The notes under the pieces: generated by a model
The model's input: the letters and a program-made list of their open reading frames with translations, nothing else
Told to the model about the DNA's origin: nothing
Databases searched by the model: none
NCBI GenBank assembly: GCA_040954595.2
Contig: CM082579.2
Span: 15,104,550-15,168,549, forward strand
Direction: 5' to 3'
Source: Balanoglossus misakiensis
Taxonomy: Eukaryota; Animalia; Hemichordata
Length of the DNA stretch: 64,000 nt
Part shown: positions 1 through 15,000 of the stretch, in pieces
Numbering within the stretch: position 1 is the first letter of the stretch
Layout: the number at the start of each line of letters is the position of its first letter
Program-made: the position numbers and the translations under genes

Positions 1-3000
1 TTTGAAAAAAAATCATGGTTGAAAATCATCAAAAAATGACAAAATTTTCGACTTTGTAAAATCACAAAATTTCGTCGATTTTGAAAAAAATCATAGGTTC
101 GTCGATTTTTAAAAAAAAAACATGGGTGAAAATCATCAAAAAATGACAAATTTTCGACTTTGCAAAATCTCAAAATTTCGTCGATTTTTGAAAAAAAAAT
201 CATGGGTAAAAATCATCAAAAAATGACACATTTTCGATTATGCAAAATCTCAAAATTTCGTCGATTTTTGAAAAAAAATCATGGGTGAAAATCATGAAAA
301 AATGACACATTTTCGACTTTGAAAAATCTAAAAATTTCGTCGGTTTTTGAAAAAAAATCATGGGTAAAAATCATCAAAAAATGACAAATTTTCGTCTTTG
401 CAAAATCTTAAAATTTCGCCGATTTTTGAAAAAAATCATGGGTGAAAATCATCAAAAAATGACAAATTTTCGACTTTGCAAAATCTCAAAATTTCGTCAA
501 TTTTTGAAAAAATCATGGGTAAAAATCATCAAAAAATGACAAATTTTCGTCTTTGCTAAATCTCAAAATTTCGTCGGTTTTTGAAAAATAATATGGGCGA
601 AAATCATCAAAAAATGACAAATTTTCGACTTTGCAAAATCTCAAAATTTCGTCGATTTTTGAATAAAAATCATGGGTGAAAATCATCAAAAAATGACACA
701 ATTTCGACTTTGCAAAATCTCAACATTTCGTCGATTTTTGAAAAAAAATCATGGTGAAAATCATCAAAAAATGACAAAATTTTCGACTTTGTAAAATCAC
801 AAAATTTCGTCGATTTTGAAAAAAAAATCATAGGTTCGTCGATTTTTAAAAAAAAAAAACATTGGTGAAAATCATCAAAATATGACAAATTTTCGACTTT
901 GCAAAATCTCAAAATTTCGTCGATTTTTGAAAAAATCATGGGTGAAAATCATCAAAAAATGACAAATTTTCAACTTTGCAAAATCTCAAAATTTCGTCGA
1001 TTTTTGAAAAAAAATCATGGTGAAAATCATCAAAAAATGACAAAATTTTAAACTTTGTAAAATCACAAAATTTCGTCGATTTTGAAAAAAATCATAGGTT
1101 CGTCGATTTTAAAAAAAAAACATTGGTGAAAATCATCAAAAAATGACAAATTTTCGTCTTTGCAAAATCTCAAAATTTCGTCCATTTTTGAAAAAAAATC
1201 ATGGGTAAAAATCATCAAAAAATGACAAATTTTCGTTTTTGCAAAATCTCAAAATTTCGTCCATTTTAAAAAAAAAACATGGGGGAAAATCATCAAAAAA
1301 TGACAAATTTTCGACTTTGCAAAATCTCAAAATTTCGTCCATTTTTGAAAAAAAATCATGGGTAAAAATCATCAAAAAATGACAAATTTTCGTCTTTGCA
1401 AAATCTCAAAATTTCGTCCATTTAAAAAAAAACATGGGGGAAAATCATCAAAAAATGACACATTTTCGATTATGCAAAATCTCAAAATTTCGTGGATTTT
1501 TGAAAAAAAATCATGGGTGAAAATCATGAAAAAATGACACATTTTCGACTTTGAAAAATCTAAAAATTTCGTCGACTTTTGAAAAAAAAACATGGGTAAA
1601 AATCATCAAAAAATGACAAATTTTCGTCTTTGCAAAATCTTAAAATTTCGTCGATTTTTGAAAAAAATCATGGGTGAAAATCATTAAAAAATGACAAATT
1701 TTCGACTTTGCAAAATCTCAAAATTTCGTCAATTTTTGAAAAAATCATGGGTAAAAATCATCAAAAAATGACAAATTTTCGTCTTTGCTAAATCTCAAAA
1801 TTTCGTCGGTTTTTGAAAAATAATATGGGTGAAAATCATCAAAAAATGACAAATTTTCGACTTTGCAAAATCTCAAAATTTCGTCGATTTTTGAATAAAA
1901 ATCATGGGTGAAAATCATCAAAAAATGACACATTTTCGACTTTGCAAAATCTCAAAATTTCGTCGATTTTTGAAAAAAAATCATGGGTGAAAATCATGAA
2001 AAAATGACACATTTTCGACTTTGCAAAATCTCAAAATTTCGTCAATTTTTGAAAAAATCATGGGTAAAAATCATCAAAAAATGACAAATTTTCGTCTTTG
2101 CTAAATCTCAAAATTTCGTCGGTTTTTGAAAAATAATATGGGTGAAAATCATCAAAAAATGACAAATTTTCGACTTTGCAAAATCTCAAAATTTCGTCGA
2201 TTTTTGAATAAAAATCATGGGTGAAAATCATCAAAAAATGACACATTTTCGACTTTGCAAAATCTCAAAATTTCGTCGATTTTTGAAAAAAAATCATGGT
2301 GAAAATCATCAAAAAATGACAAAATTTTCGACTTTGTAAAATCACAAAATTTCGGCGATTTTGAAAAAAATCATAGGTTCGTCGATTTTTAAAAAAAAAA
2401 ACATTGGTGAAAATCATCAAAATTTGACAAATTTTCGACTTTGCAAAATCTCAAAATTTCGTCGATTTTTGAAAAAATCATGGGTGAAAATCATCAAAAA
2501 ATGACAAATTTTCAACTTTGCAAAATCTCAAAATTTCGTCGATTTTTGAAAAAAAATCATGGTGAAAATCATCAAAAAATTACAAAATTTTCAACTTTGT
2601 AAAATCACAAAATTTCGTCGATTTTGAAAAAAATCATAGGTTCGTCGATTTTAAAAAAAAAAACATTAGTGAAAATCATCAAAAAATGACAAATTTTCGT
2701 CTTTGCATAATCTCAAAATTTCGTCCATTTTTGAAAAAAAATCATGGGTAAAAATCATCAAAAAATGACAAATTTTCGTTTTTGCAAAATCTCAAAATTT
2801 CGTCCATTTTAAAAAAAAAACATGGGGGAAAATCATCAAAAAATGACAAATTTTCGACTTTGCAAAATCTCAAAATTTCGTCCATTTTTGAAAAAAAATC
2901 ATGGGTAAAAATCATCAAAAAATGACAAATTTTCGTCTTTGCAAAATCTCAAAATTTCGTCCATTTAAAAAAAAACATGGGGGAAAATCATCAAAAAATT

Positions 3001-6000
3001 ACACATTTTCGATTATGCAAAATCTCAAAATTTCGTCGATTTTTGAAAAAAAATCATGGGTGAAAATCATGAAAAAATGACACATTTTCGACTTTGAAAA
3101 ATCTAAAAATTTCGTCGACTTTTGAAAAAAAATCATGGGTGAAAATCATCAAAAAATGACAAATTTTCGTCTTTGCAAAATCTCAAAATTTCGTCCATTT
3201 TTGAATAAAAATCATGGGTAAAAATCATCAAAAATGACAAATTTTCGTCTTTGCAAAATCTCAAATTTTCGTCGATTTTTGAAAAAAAATCATGGTTGAA
3301 AATCATCAAAAAATGACAAAATTTTCGACTTTGTAAAATCACAAAATTTCGTCGATTTTGAAAAAAATCATAGGTTCGTCGATTTTTAAAAAAAAAACAT
3401 GGGTGAAAATCATCAAAAAATGACAAATTTTCGACTTTGCAAAATCTCAAAATTTCGTCGATTTTTGAAAAAAAATCATGGGTAAAAATCATCAAAAAAT
3501 GACACATTTTCGATTATGCAAAATCTCAAAATTTCGTCGATTTTTGAAAAAAAATCATGGGTGAAAATCATGAAAAAATGACACATTTTCGACTTTGAAA
3601 AATCTAAAAATTTCGTCGATTTTTGAAAAAAAATCATGGGTAAAAATCATCAAAAAATGACAAATTTTCGTCTTTGCAAAATCTTAAAATTTCGTCGATT
3701 TTTGAAAAAAATCATGGGTGAAAATCATCAAAAAATGACAAATTTTCGACTTTGCAAAATCTCAAAATTTCGTCAATTTTTGAAAAAATCATGGGTAAAA
3801 ATCATCAAAAAATGACAAATTTTCGTCTTTGCTAAATCTCAAAATTTCGTCGGTTTTTGAAAAATAATATGGGTGAAAATCATCAAAAAATGACAAATTT
3901 TCGACTTTGCAAAATCTCAAAATTTCGTCGATTTTTGAATAAAAATCATGGGTGAAAATCATCAAAAAATGACACATTTTCGACTTTGCAAAATCTCAAC
4001 ATTTCGTCGATTTTTGAAAAAAAATCATGGTGAAAATCATCAAAAAATGACAAAATTTTCGACTTTGTAAAATCACAAAATTTCGTCGATTTTGAAAAAA
4101 ATCATAGGTTCGTCGATTTTTAAAAAAAAAACATTGGTGAAAATCATCAAAATATGACAAATTTTCGACTTTGCAAAATCTCAAAATTTCGTCGATTTTT
4201 GCAAAAATCATGGGTGAAAATCATCAAAAAATGACAAATTTTCAACTTTGCAAAATCTCAAAATTTCGTCGATTTTTGAAAAAAAATCATGGTGAAAATC
4301 ATCAAAAAATGACAAAATTTTCAACTTTGTAAAATCACAAAATTTCGTCGATTTTGAAAAAAATCATAGGTTCGTCGATTTTAAAAAAAAAAACATTGGT
4401 GAAAATCATCAAAAAATGACAAATTTTCGTCTTTGCAAAATCTCAAAATTTCGTCCATTTTTGAAAAAAAATCATGGGTAAAAATCATCAAAAAATGACA
4501 AATTTTCGTTTTTGCAAAATCTCAAAATTTCGTCCATTTAAAAAAAAAAACATGGGGGAAAATCATCAAAAAATGACAAATTTTCGACTTTGCAAAATCT
4601 CAAAATTTCGTCCATTTTTGAAAAAAAATCATGGGTAAAAATCATCAAAAAATGACAAATTTTCGTCTTTGCAAAATCTCAAAATTTCGTCCATTTAAAA
4701 AAAAACATGGGGGAAAATCATCAAAAAATGACACATTTTCGATTATGCAAAATCTCAAAATTTCGTCGATTTTTGAAAAAAAATCATGGGTGAAAATCAT
4801 GAAAAAATGACACATTTTCGACTTTGAAAAATCTAAAAATTTCGTCGACTTTTGAAAAAAAAACATGGGTAAAAATCATCAAAAAATGACAAATTTTCGT
4901 CTTTGCAAAATCTTAAAATTTCGTCGATTTTTGAAAAAAATCATGGGTGAAAATCATCAAAAAATGACAAATTTTCAACTTTGCAAAATCTCAAAATTTC
5001 GTCGATTTTTGAAAAAAAATCATGGTGAAAATCATCAAAAAATGACAAAATTTTCAACTTTGTAAAATCACAAAATTTCGTCGATTTTGAAAAAAATCAT
5101 AGGTTCGTCGATTTTAAAAAAAAAAACATTGGTGAAAATCATCAAAAAATGACAAATTTTCGTCTTTGCAAAATCTCAAAATTTCGTCCATTTTTGAAAA
5201 AAAATCATGGGTAAAAATCATCAAAAAATGACAAATTTTCGTTTTTGCAAAATCTCAAAATTTCGTCCATTTAAAAAAAAAAACATGGGGGAAAATCATC
5301 AAAAAATGACAAATTTTCGACTTTGCAAAATCTCAAAATTTCGTCCATTTTTGAAAAAAAATCATGGGTAAAAATCATCAAAAAATGACAAATTTTCGTC
5401 TTTGCAAAATCTCAAAATTTCGTCCATTTAAAAAAAAACATGGGGGAAAATCATCAAAAAATGACACATTTTCGATTATGCAAAATCTCAAAATTTCGTC
5501 GATTTTTGAAAAAAAATCATGGGTGAAAATCATGAAAAAATGACACATTTTCGACTTTGCAAAATCTAAAAATTTCGTCGACTTTTGAAAAAAAAACATG
5601 GGTAAAAATCATCAAAAAATGACAAATTTTCGTCTTTGCAAAATCTTAAAATTTCGTCGATTTTTGAAAAAAATCATGGGTGAAAATCATCAAAAAATGA
5701 CAAATTTTCGACTTTGCAAAATCTCAAAATTTCGTCAATTTTTGAAAAAATCATGGGTAAAAATCATCAAAAAATGACAAATTTTCGTCTTTGCTAAATC
5801 TCAAAATTTCGTCGGTTTTTGAAAAATAATATGGGTGAAAATCATCAAAAAATGACAAATTTTCGACTTTGCAAAATCTCAAAATTTCGTCGATTTTTAA
5901 ATAAAAATCATGGGTGAAAATCATCAAAAAATGACACATTTTCGACTTTGCAAAATCTCAACATTTCGTCGATTTTTGAAAAAAAATCATGGTGAAAATC

Positions 6001-9000
6001 ATCAAAAAATGACAAAATTTTCGACTTTGTAAAATCACAAAATTTCGTCGATTTTGAAAAAAATCATAGGTTCGTCGATTTTTAAAAAAAAACATGGGTG
6101 AAAATCATTAAAAAATGACAAATTTTCGACTTTGAAAAATCTAAAAATTTCGTCGATTTTTGAAAAAAAATCATGGGTAAAAATCATCAAAAAATGACAA
6201 ATTTTCGTCTTTGCAAAATCTTAAAATTTCGTCGATTTTTGAAAAAAATCATGGGTGAAAATCATCAAAAAATGACAAATTTTCGACTTTGCAAAATCTC
6301 AAAATTTCGTCAATTTTTGAAAAAATCATGGGTAAAAATCATCAAAAAATGACAAATTTTCGTCTTTGCTAAATCTCAAAATTTCGTCGGTTTTTGAAAA
6401 ATAATATGGGTGAAAATCATCAAAAAATGACAAATTTTCGACTTTGCAAAATCTCAAAATTTCGTCGATTTTTGAATAAAAATCATGGGTGAAAATCATC
6501 AAAAAATGACACATTTTCGACTTTGCAAAATCTCAAAATTTCGTCGATTTTTGAAAAAAAATCATGGTGAAAATCATCAAAAAATGACAAAATTTTCGAC
6601 TTTGTAAAATCACAAAATTTCGGCGATTTTGAAAAAAATCATAGGTTCGTCGATTTTTAAAAAAAAAAACATTGGTGAAAATCATCAAAATTTGACAAAT
6701 TTTCGACTTTGCAAAATCTCAAAATTTCGTCGATTTTTGAAAAAATCATGGGTAAAAATCATCAAAAAATGACAAATTTTCGTCTTTGCTAAATCTCAAA
6801 ATTTCGTCGGTTTTTGAAAAATAATATGGGTGAAAATCATCAAAAAATGACAAATTTTCGACTTTGCAAAATCTCAAAATTTCGTCGATTTTTGAATAAA
6901 AATCATGGGTGAAAATCATCAAAAAATGACACATTTTCGACTTTGCAAAATCTCAAAATTTCGTCGATTTTTGAAAAAAAATCATGGTGAAAATCATCAA
7001 AAAATGACAAAATTTTCGACTTTGTAAAATCACAAAATTTCGGCGATTTTGAAAAAAATCATAGGTTCGTCGATTTTTAAAAAAAAAAACATTGGTGAAA
7101 ATCATCAAAATTTGACAAATTTTCGACTTTGCAAAATCTCAAAATTTCGTCGATTTTTGAAAAAATCATGGGTGAAAATCATCAAAAAATGACAAATTTT
7201 CAACTTTGCAAAATCTCAAAATTTCGTCGATTTTTGAAAAAAAATCATGGTGAAAATCATCAAAAAATGACAAAATTTTCGACTTTGTAAAATCACAAAA
7301 TTTCGTCGATTTTGAAAAAAATCATAGGTTCGTCGATTTAAAAAAAAAAAACATTGGTGAAAATCATCAAAAAATGACAAATTTTCGTCTTTGCAAAATC
7401 TCAAAATTTCGTCCATTTTTGAAAAAAAATTATGGGTAAAAATCATCAAAAAATGACAAATTTTCGTTTTTGCAAAATCTCAAAATTTCGTCCATTTTAA
7501 AAAAAAAAACATGGGGGAAAATCATCAAAAAATGACAAATTTTCGACTTTGCAAAATCTCAAAATTTCGTCCATTTTTGAAAAAAAATCATGGGTAAAAA
7601 TCATCAAAAATTGACAAATTTTCGTCTTTGCAAAATCTCAAAATTTCGTCCATTTAAAAAAAAACATGGGGGAAAATCATCAAAAAATGACAAATTTTCG
7701 ACTTTGCAAAATCTCAAAATTTCGTCGATTTTGAAAAAAACCATTGGGGGAAAATCATCAAAAAATGACAAATTATCGACTTTGCAAAATCTAACAATTT
7801 CGTCGATTTTTGAAAAAAATCATGGGCGAAAATCATCAAAAAATTACAAATTTTCGACTTTGCAAAATCTCAAAATTTCGTCGATTTTTGTAAAAAATCA
7901 TGGGTGAAAATCATCAAAAAATGACAAATTTTCGACTTTGCAAAATCTCAAAATTTAGTCGATTTTTGAAAAAAAATCATGGGTAAAAATCATCAAAAAA
8001 TGACAAATTTTCGTCTTTGCAAAATCTCAAAATTTCGTCCATTTAAAAAAAAACATGGGGGAAAATCATCAAAAAATGACACATTTTCGATTATGCAAAA
8101 TCTCAAATTTCGTCGATTTTTGAAAAAAAATCATGGGTGAAAATCATGAAAAAATGACACATTTTCGACTTTGAAAAATCTAAAAATTTCGTCGACTTTT
8201 GAAAAAAAAACATGGGTAAAAATCATCAAAAAATGACAAATTTTCGTCTTTGCAAAATCTTAAAATTTCGTCGATTTTTGAAAAAAATCATGGGTGAAAA
8301 TCATCAAAAAATGACAAATTTTCGACTTTGCAAAATCTCAAAATTTCGTCAATTTTTGAAAAAATCATGGGTAAAAATCATCAAAAAATGACAAATTTTC
8401 GTCTTTGCTAAATCTCAAAATTTCGTCGGTTTTTTGAAAAATAATATGGGTGAAAATCATCAAAAAATGACAAATTTTCGACTTTGCAAAATCTCAAAAT
8501 TTCGTCGATTTTTGAATAAAAATCATGGGTGAAAATCATCAAAAAATGACACATTTTCGACTTTGCAAAATCTCAACATTTCGTCGATTTTTGAAAAAAA
8601 ATCATGGTGAAAATCATCAAAAAATGACAAAATTTTCGACTTTGTAAAATCACAAAATTTCGTCGATTTTGAAAAAAATCATAGGTTCGTCGATTTTTAA
8701 AAAAAAAACATGGGTGAAAATCATCAAAAAATGACAAATTTTCGACTTTGCAAAATCTCAAAATTTCGTCGATTTTTGAAAAAAAATCATGGGTAAAAAT
8801 CATCAAAAAATGACACATTTTCGATTATGCAAAATCTCAAAATTTCGTCGATTTTTGAAAAAAAATCATGGGTGAAAATCATGAAAAAATGACACATTTT
8901 CGACTTTGAAAAATCTAAAAATTTCGTCGATTTTTGAAAAAAAATCATGGGTAAAAATCATCAAAAAATGACAAATTTTCGTCTTTGCAAAATCTTAAAA

Positions 9001-12000
9001 TTTCGTCGATTTTTGAAAAAAATCATGGGTGAAAATCATCAAAAAATGACAAATTTTCGTCTTTGCTAAATCTCAAAATTTCGTCGGTTTTTGAAAAATA
9101 ATATGGGTGAAAATCATCAAAAAATGACAAATTTTCGACTTTGCAAAATCTCAAAATTTCGTCGATTTTTGAATAAAAATCATGGGTGAAAATCATCAAA
9201 AAATGACACATTTTCGACTTTGCAAAATCTCAAAATTTCGTCGATTTTTGAAAAAAAATCATGGTGAAAATCATCAAAAAATGACAAAATTTTCGACTTT
9301 GTAAAATCACAAAATTTCGGCGATTTTGAAAAAAATCATAGGTTCGTCGATTTTTAAAAAAAAAAACATTGGTGAAAATCATCAAAATTTGACAAATTTT
9401 CGACTTTGCAAAATCTCAAAATTTCGTCGATTTTTGAAAAAATCATGGGTGAAAATCATCAAAAAATGACAAATTTTCAACTTTGCAAAATCTCAAAATT
9501 TCGTCGATTTTTGAAAAAAAATCATGGGTAAAAATCATCAAAAAATGACACATTTTCGATTATGCAAAATCTCAAAATTTCGTCGATTTTTGAAAAAAAA
9601 TCATGGGTGAAAATCATGAAAAAATGACACATTTTCGACTTTGAAAAATCTAAAAATTTCGTCGATTTTTGAAAAAAAATCATGGGTAAAAATCATCAAA
9701 AAATGACAAATTTTCGTCTTTGCAAAATCTTAAAATTTCGTCGATTTTTGAAAAAAAATCATGGTGAAAATCATCAAAAAATGACAAAATTTTCGACTTT
9801 GTAAAATCACAAAATTTCGTCGATTTTGAAAAAAATCATAGGTTCGTCGATTTAAAAAAAAAAACATTGGTGAAAATCATCAAAAAATGACAAATTTTCG
9901 TCTTTGCAAAATCTCAAAATTTCGTCCATTTTTGAAAAAAAATTATGGGTAAAAATCATCAAAAAATGACAAATTTTCGTTTTTGCAAAATCTCAAAATT
10001 TCGTCCATTTTAAAAAAAAAAACATGGGGGAAAATCATCAAAAAATGACAAATTTTCGACTTTGCAAAATCTCAAAATTTCGTCCATTTTTGAAAAAAAA
10101 TCATGGGTAAAAATCATCAAAAATTGACAAATTTTCGTCTTTGCAAAATCTCAAAATTTCGTCCATTTAAAAAAAAACATGGGGGAAAATCATCAAAAAA
10201 TGACAAATTTTCGACTTTGCAAAATCTCAAAATTTCGTCGATTTTGAAAAAAACCATTGGGGGAAAATCATCAAAAAATGACAAATTATCGACTTTGCAA
10301 AATCTAACAATTTCGTCGATTTTTGAAAAAAATCATGGGCGAAAATCATCAAAAAATTACAAATTTTCGACTTTGCAAAATCTCAAAATTTCGTCGATTT
10401 TTGTAAAAAATCATGGGTGAAAATCATCAAAAAATGACAAATTTTCGACTTTGCAAAATCTCAAAATTTAGTCGATTTTTGAAAAAAAATCATGGGTAAA
10501 AATCATCAAAAAATGACAAATTTTCGTCTTTGCAAAATCTCAAAATTTCGTCCATTTAAAAAAAAACATGGGGGAAAATCATCAAAAAATGACACATTTT
10601 CGATTATGCAAAATCTCAAAATTTCGTCGATTTTTGAAAAAAAATCATGGGTGAAAATCATGAAAAAATGACACATTTTCGACTTTGAAAAATCTAAAAA
10701 TTTCGTCGACTTTTGAAAAAAAAACATGGGTAAAAATCATAAAAAAATGACAAATTTTCGTCTTTGCAAAATCTTAAAATTTCGTCGATTTTTGAAAAAA
10801 ATCATGGGTGAAAATCATCAAAAAATGACAAATTTTCGACTTTGCAAAATCTCAAAATTTCGTCAATTTTTGAAAAAATCATGGGTAAAAATCATCAAAA
10901 AATGACAAATTTTCGTCTTTGCTAAATCTCAAAATTTCGTCGGTTTTTGAAAAATAATATGGGTGAAAATCATCAAAAAATGACAAATTTTCGACTTTGC
11001 AAAATCTCAAAATTTCGTCGATTTTTGAATAAAAATCATGGGTGAAAATCATCAAAAAATGACACATTTTCGACTTTGCAAAATCTCAACATTTCGTCGA
11101 TTTTTGAAAAAAAATCATGGTGAAAATCATCAAAAAATGACAAAATTTTCGACTTTGTAAAATCACAAAATTTCGTCGATTTTGAAAAAAATCATAGGTT
11201 CGTCGATTTTTAAAAAAAAAACATGGGTGAAAATCATCAAAAAATGACAAATTTTCGACTTTGCAAAATCTCAAAATTTCGTCGATTTTTGAAAAAAAAT
11301 CATGGGTAAAAATCATCAAAAAATGACACATTTTCGATTATGCAAAATCTCAAAATTTCGTCGATTTTTGAAAAAAAATCATGGGTGAAAATCATGAAAA
11401 AATGACACATTTTCGACTTTGAAAAATCTAAAAATTTCGTCGATTTTTGAAAAAAAATCATGGGTAAAAATCATCAAAAAATGACAAATTTTCGTCTTTG
11501 CAAAATCTTAAAATTTCGTCGATTTTTGAAAAAAATCATGGGTAAAAATCATCAAAAAATGACAAATTTTCGACTTTGCAAAATCTCAAAATTTCGTCAA
11601 TTTTTGAAAAAATCATGGGTAAAAATCATCAAAAAATTACAAATTTTCGTCTTTGCTAAATCTCAAAATTTCGTCGGTTTTTGAAAAATAATATGGGTGA
11701 AAATCATCAAAAAATGACAAATTTTCGACTTTGCAAAATCTCAAAATTTCGTCGATTTTTGAATAAAAATCATGGGTGAAAATCATCAAAAAATGACACA
11801 TTTTCGACTTTGCAAAATCTCAAAATTTCGTCGATTTTTGAAAAAAAATCATGGTGAAAATCATCAAAAAATGACAAAATTTTCGACTTTGTAAAATCAC
11901 AAAATTTCGGCGATTTTGAAAAAAATCATAGGTTCGTCGATTTTAAAAAAAAAAAACATTGGTGAAAATCATCAAAATTTGACAAATTTTCGACTTTGCA

Positions 12001-15000
12001 AAATCTCAAAATTTCGTCGATTTTTGAAAAAATCATGGGTGAAAATCATCAAAAAATGACAAATTTTCAACTTTGCAAAATCTCAAAATTTCGTCGATTT
12101 TTGAAAAAAAATCATGGTGAAAATCATCAAAAAATGACAAAATTTTCGACTTTGTAAAATCACAAAATTTCGTCGATTTTGAAAAAAATCATAGGTTCGT
12201 CGATTTAAAAAAAAAAAACATTGGTGAAAATCATCAAAAAATGACAAATTTTCGTCTTTGCAAAATCTCAAAATTTCGTCCATTTTTGAAAAAAAATTAT
12301 GGGTAAAAATCATCAAAAAATGACAAATTTTCGTTTTTGCAAAATCTCAAAATTTCGTCCATTTTAAAAAAAAAAACATGGGGGAAAATCATCAAAAAAT
12401 GACAAATTTTCGACTTTGCAAAATCTCAAAATTTCGTCCATTTTTGAAAAAAAATCATGGGTAAAAATCATCAAAAAATGACAAATTTTCGTCTTTGCAA
12501 AATCTCAAAATTTCGTCCATTTAAAAAAAAACATGGGGGAAAATCATCAAAAAATGACAAATTTTCGACTTTGAAAAATCTCAAAATTTCGTCGATTTTG
12601 AAAAAAACCATTGGGGGAAAATCATCAAAAAATGACAAATTATCGACTTTGCAAAATCTAACAATTTCGTCGATTTTTGAAAAAAATCATGGGCGAAAAT
12701 CATCAAAAAATTACAAATTTTCGACTTTGCAAAATCTCAAAATTTCGTCGATTTTTGTAAAAAATCATGGGTGAAAATCATCAAAAAATGACAAATTTTC
12801 GACTTTGCAAAATCTCAAAATTTAGTCGATTTTTGAAAAAAAATCATGGGTAAAAATCATCAAAAAATGACAAATTTTCGTCTTTGCAAAATCTCAAAAT
12901 TTCGTCCATTTAAAAAAAAACATGGGGGAAAATCATCAAAAAATGACACATTTTCGATTATGCAAAATCTCAAAATTTCGTCGATTTTTGAAAAAAAATC
13001 ATGGGTGAAAATCATGAAAAAATGACACATTTGCGACTTTGAAAAATCTAAAAATTTCGTCGACTTTTGAAAAAAAAACATGGGTAAAAATCATCAAAAA
13101 ATGACAAATTTTCGTCTTTGCAAAATCTCAAAATTTCGTCAATTTTTGAAAAAATCATGGGTAAAAATCATCAAAAAATGACAAATTTTCGTCTTTGCTA
13201 AATCTCAAAATTTCGTCGGTTTTTGAAAAATAATATGGGTGAAAATCATCAAAAAATGACAAATTTTCGACTTTGCAAAATCTCAAAATTTCGTCGATTT
13301 TTGAATAAAAATCATGGGTGAAAATCATCAAAAAATGACACATTTTCGACTTTGCAAAATCTCAACATTTCGTCGATTTTTGAAAAAAAATCATGGTGAA
13401 AATCATCAAAAAATGACAAAATTTTCGACTTTGTAAAATCACAAAATTTCGTCGATTTTGAAAAAAATCATAGGTTCGTCGATTTTTAAAAAAAAAACAT
13501 GGGTGAAAATCATCAAAAAATGACAAATTTTCGACTTTGCAAAATCTCAAAATTTCGTCGATTTTTGAAAAAAAATCATGGGTAAAAATCATCAAAAAAT
13601 GACACATTTTCGATTATGCAAAATCTCAAAATTTCGTCGATTTTTGAAAAAAAATCATGGGTGAAAATCATGAAAAAATGACACATTTTCGACTTTGAAA
13701 AATCTAAAAATTTCGTCGATTTTTGAAAAAAAATCATGGGTAAAAATCATCAAAAAATGACAAATTTTCGTCTTTGCAAAATCTTAAAAATTCGTCGATT
13801 TTTGAAAAAAATCATGGGTGAAAATCATCAAAAAATGACAAATTTTCGACTTTGCAAAATCTCAAAATTTCGTCATTTTTTGAAAAAATCATGGGTAAAA
13901 ATCATCAAAAAATGACAAATTTTCGTCTTTGCTAAATCTCAAAATTTCGTCGGTTTTTGAAAAATAATATGGGTGAAAATCATCAAAAAATGACAAATTT
14001 TCGACTTTGCAAAATCTCAAAATTTCGTCGATTTTTGAATAAAAATCATGGGTGAAAATCATCAAAAAATGACACATTTTCGACTTTGCAAAATCTCAAA
14101 ATTTCGTCGATTTTTGAAAAAAAATCATGGTGAAAATCATCAAAAAATGACAAAATTTTCGACTTTGTAAAATCACAAAATTTCGGCGATTTTGAAAAAA
14201 ATCATAGGTTCGTCGATTTTTAAAAAAAAAAACATTGGTGAAAATCATCAAAATTTGACAAATTTTCGACTTTGCAAAATCTCAAAATTTCGTCGATTTT
14301 TGAAAAAATCATGGGTGAAAATCATCAAAAAATGACAAATTTTCAACTTTGCAAAATCTCAAAATTTCGTCGATTTTTGAAAAAAAATCATGGTGAAAAT
14401 CATCAAAAAATGACAAAATTTTCGACTTTGTAAAATCACAAAATTTCGTCGATTTTGAAAAAAATCATAGGTTCGTCGATTTAAAAAAAAAAATCATGGG
14501 TGAAAATCATGAAAAAATGACACATTTTCGACTTTGAAAAATCTAAAAATTTCGTCGATTTTTGAAAAAAAATCATGGGTAAAAATCATCAAAAAATGAC
14601 AAATTTTCGTCTTTGCAAAATCTTAAAATTTCGTCGATTTTTGAAAAAAATCATGGGTGAAAATCATCAAAAATGACAAATTTTCGACTTTGCAAAATCT
14701 CAAAATTTCGTCAATTTTTGAAAAAATCATGGGTAAAAATCATCAAAAAATGACAAATTTTCGTCTTTGCTAAATCTCAAAATTTCGTCGGTTTTTGAAA
14801 AATAATATGGGTGAAAATCATCAAAAAATGACAAATTTTCGACTTTGCAAAATCTCAAAATTTCGTCGATTTTTGAATAAAAATCATGGGTGAAAATCAT
14901 CAAAAAATGACACATTTTCGACTTTGCAAAATCTCAAAATTTCGTCGATTTTTGAAAAAAAATCATGGTGAAAATCATCAAAAAATGACAAAATTTTCGA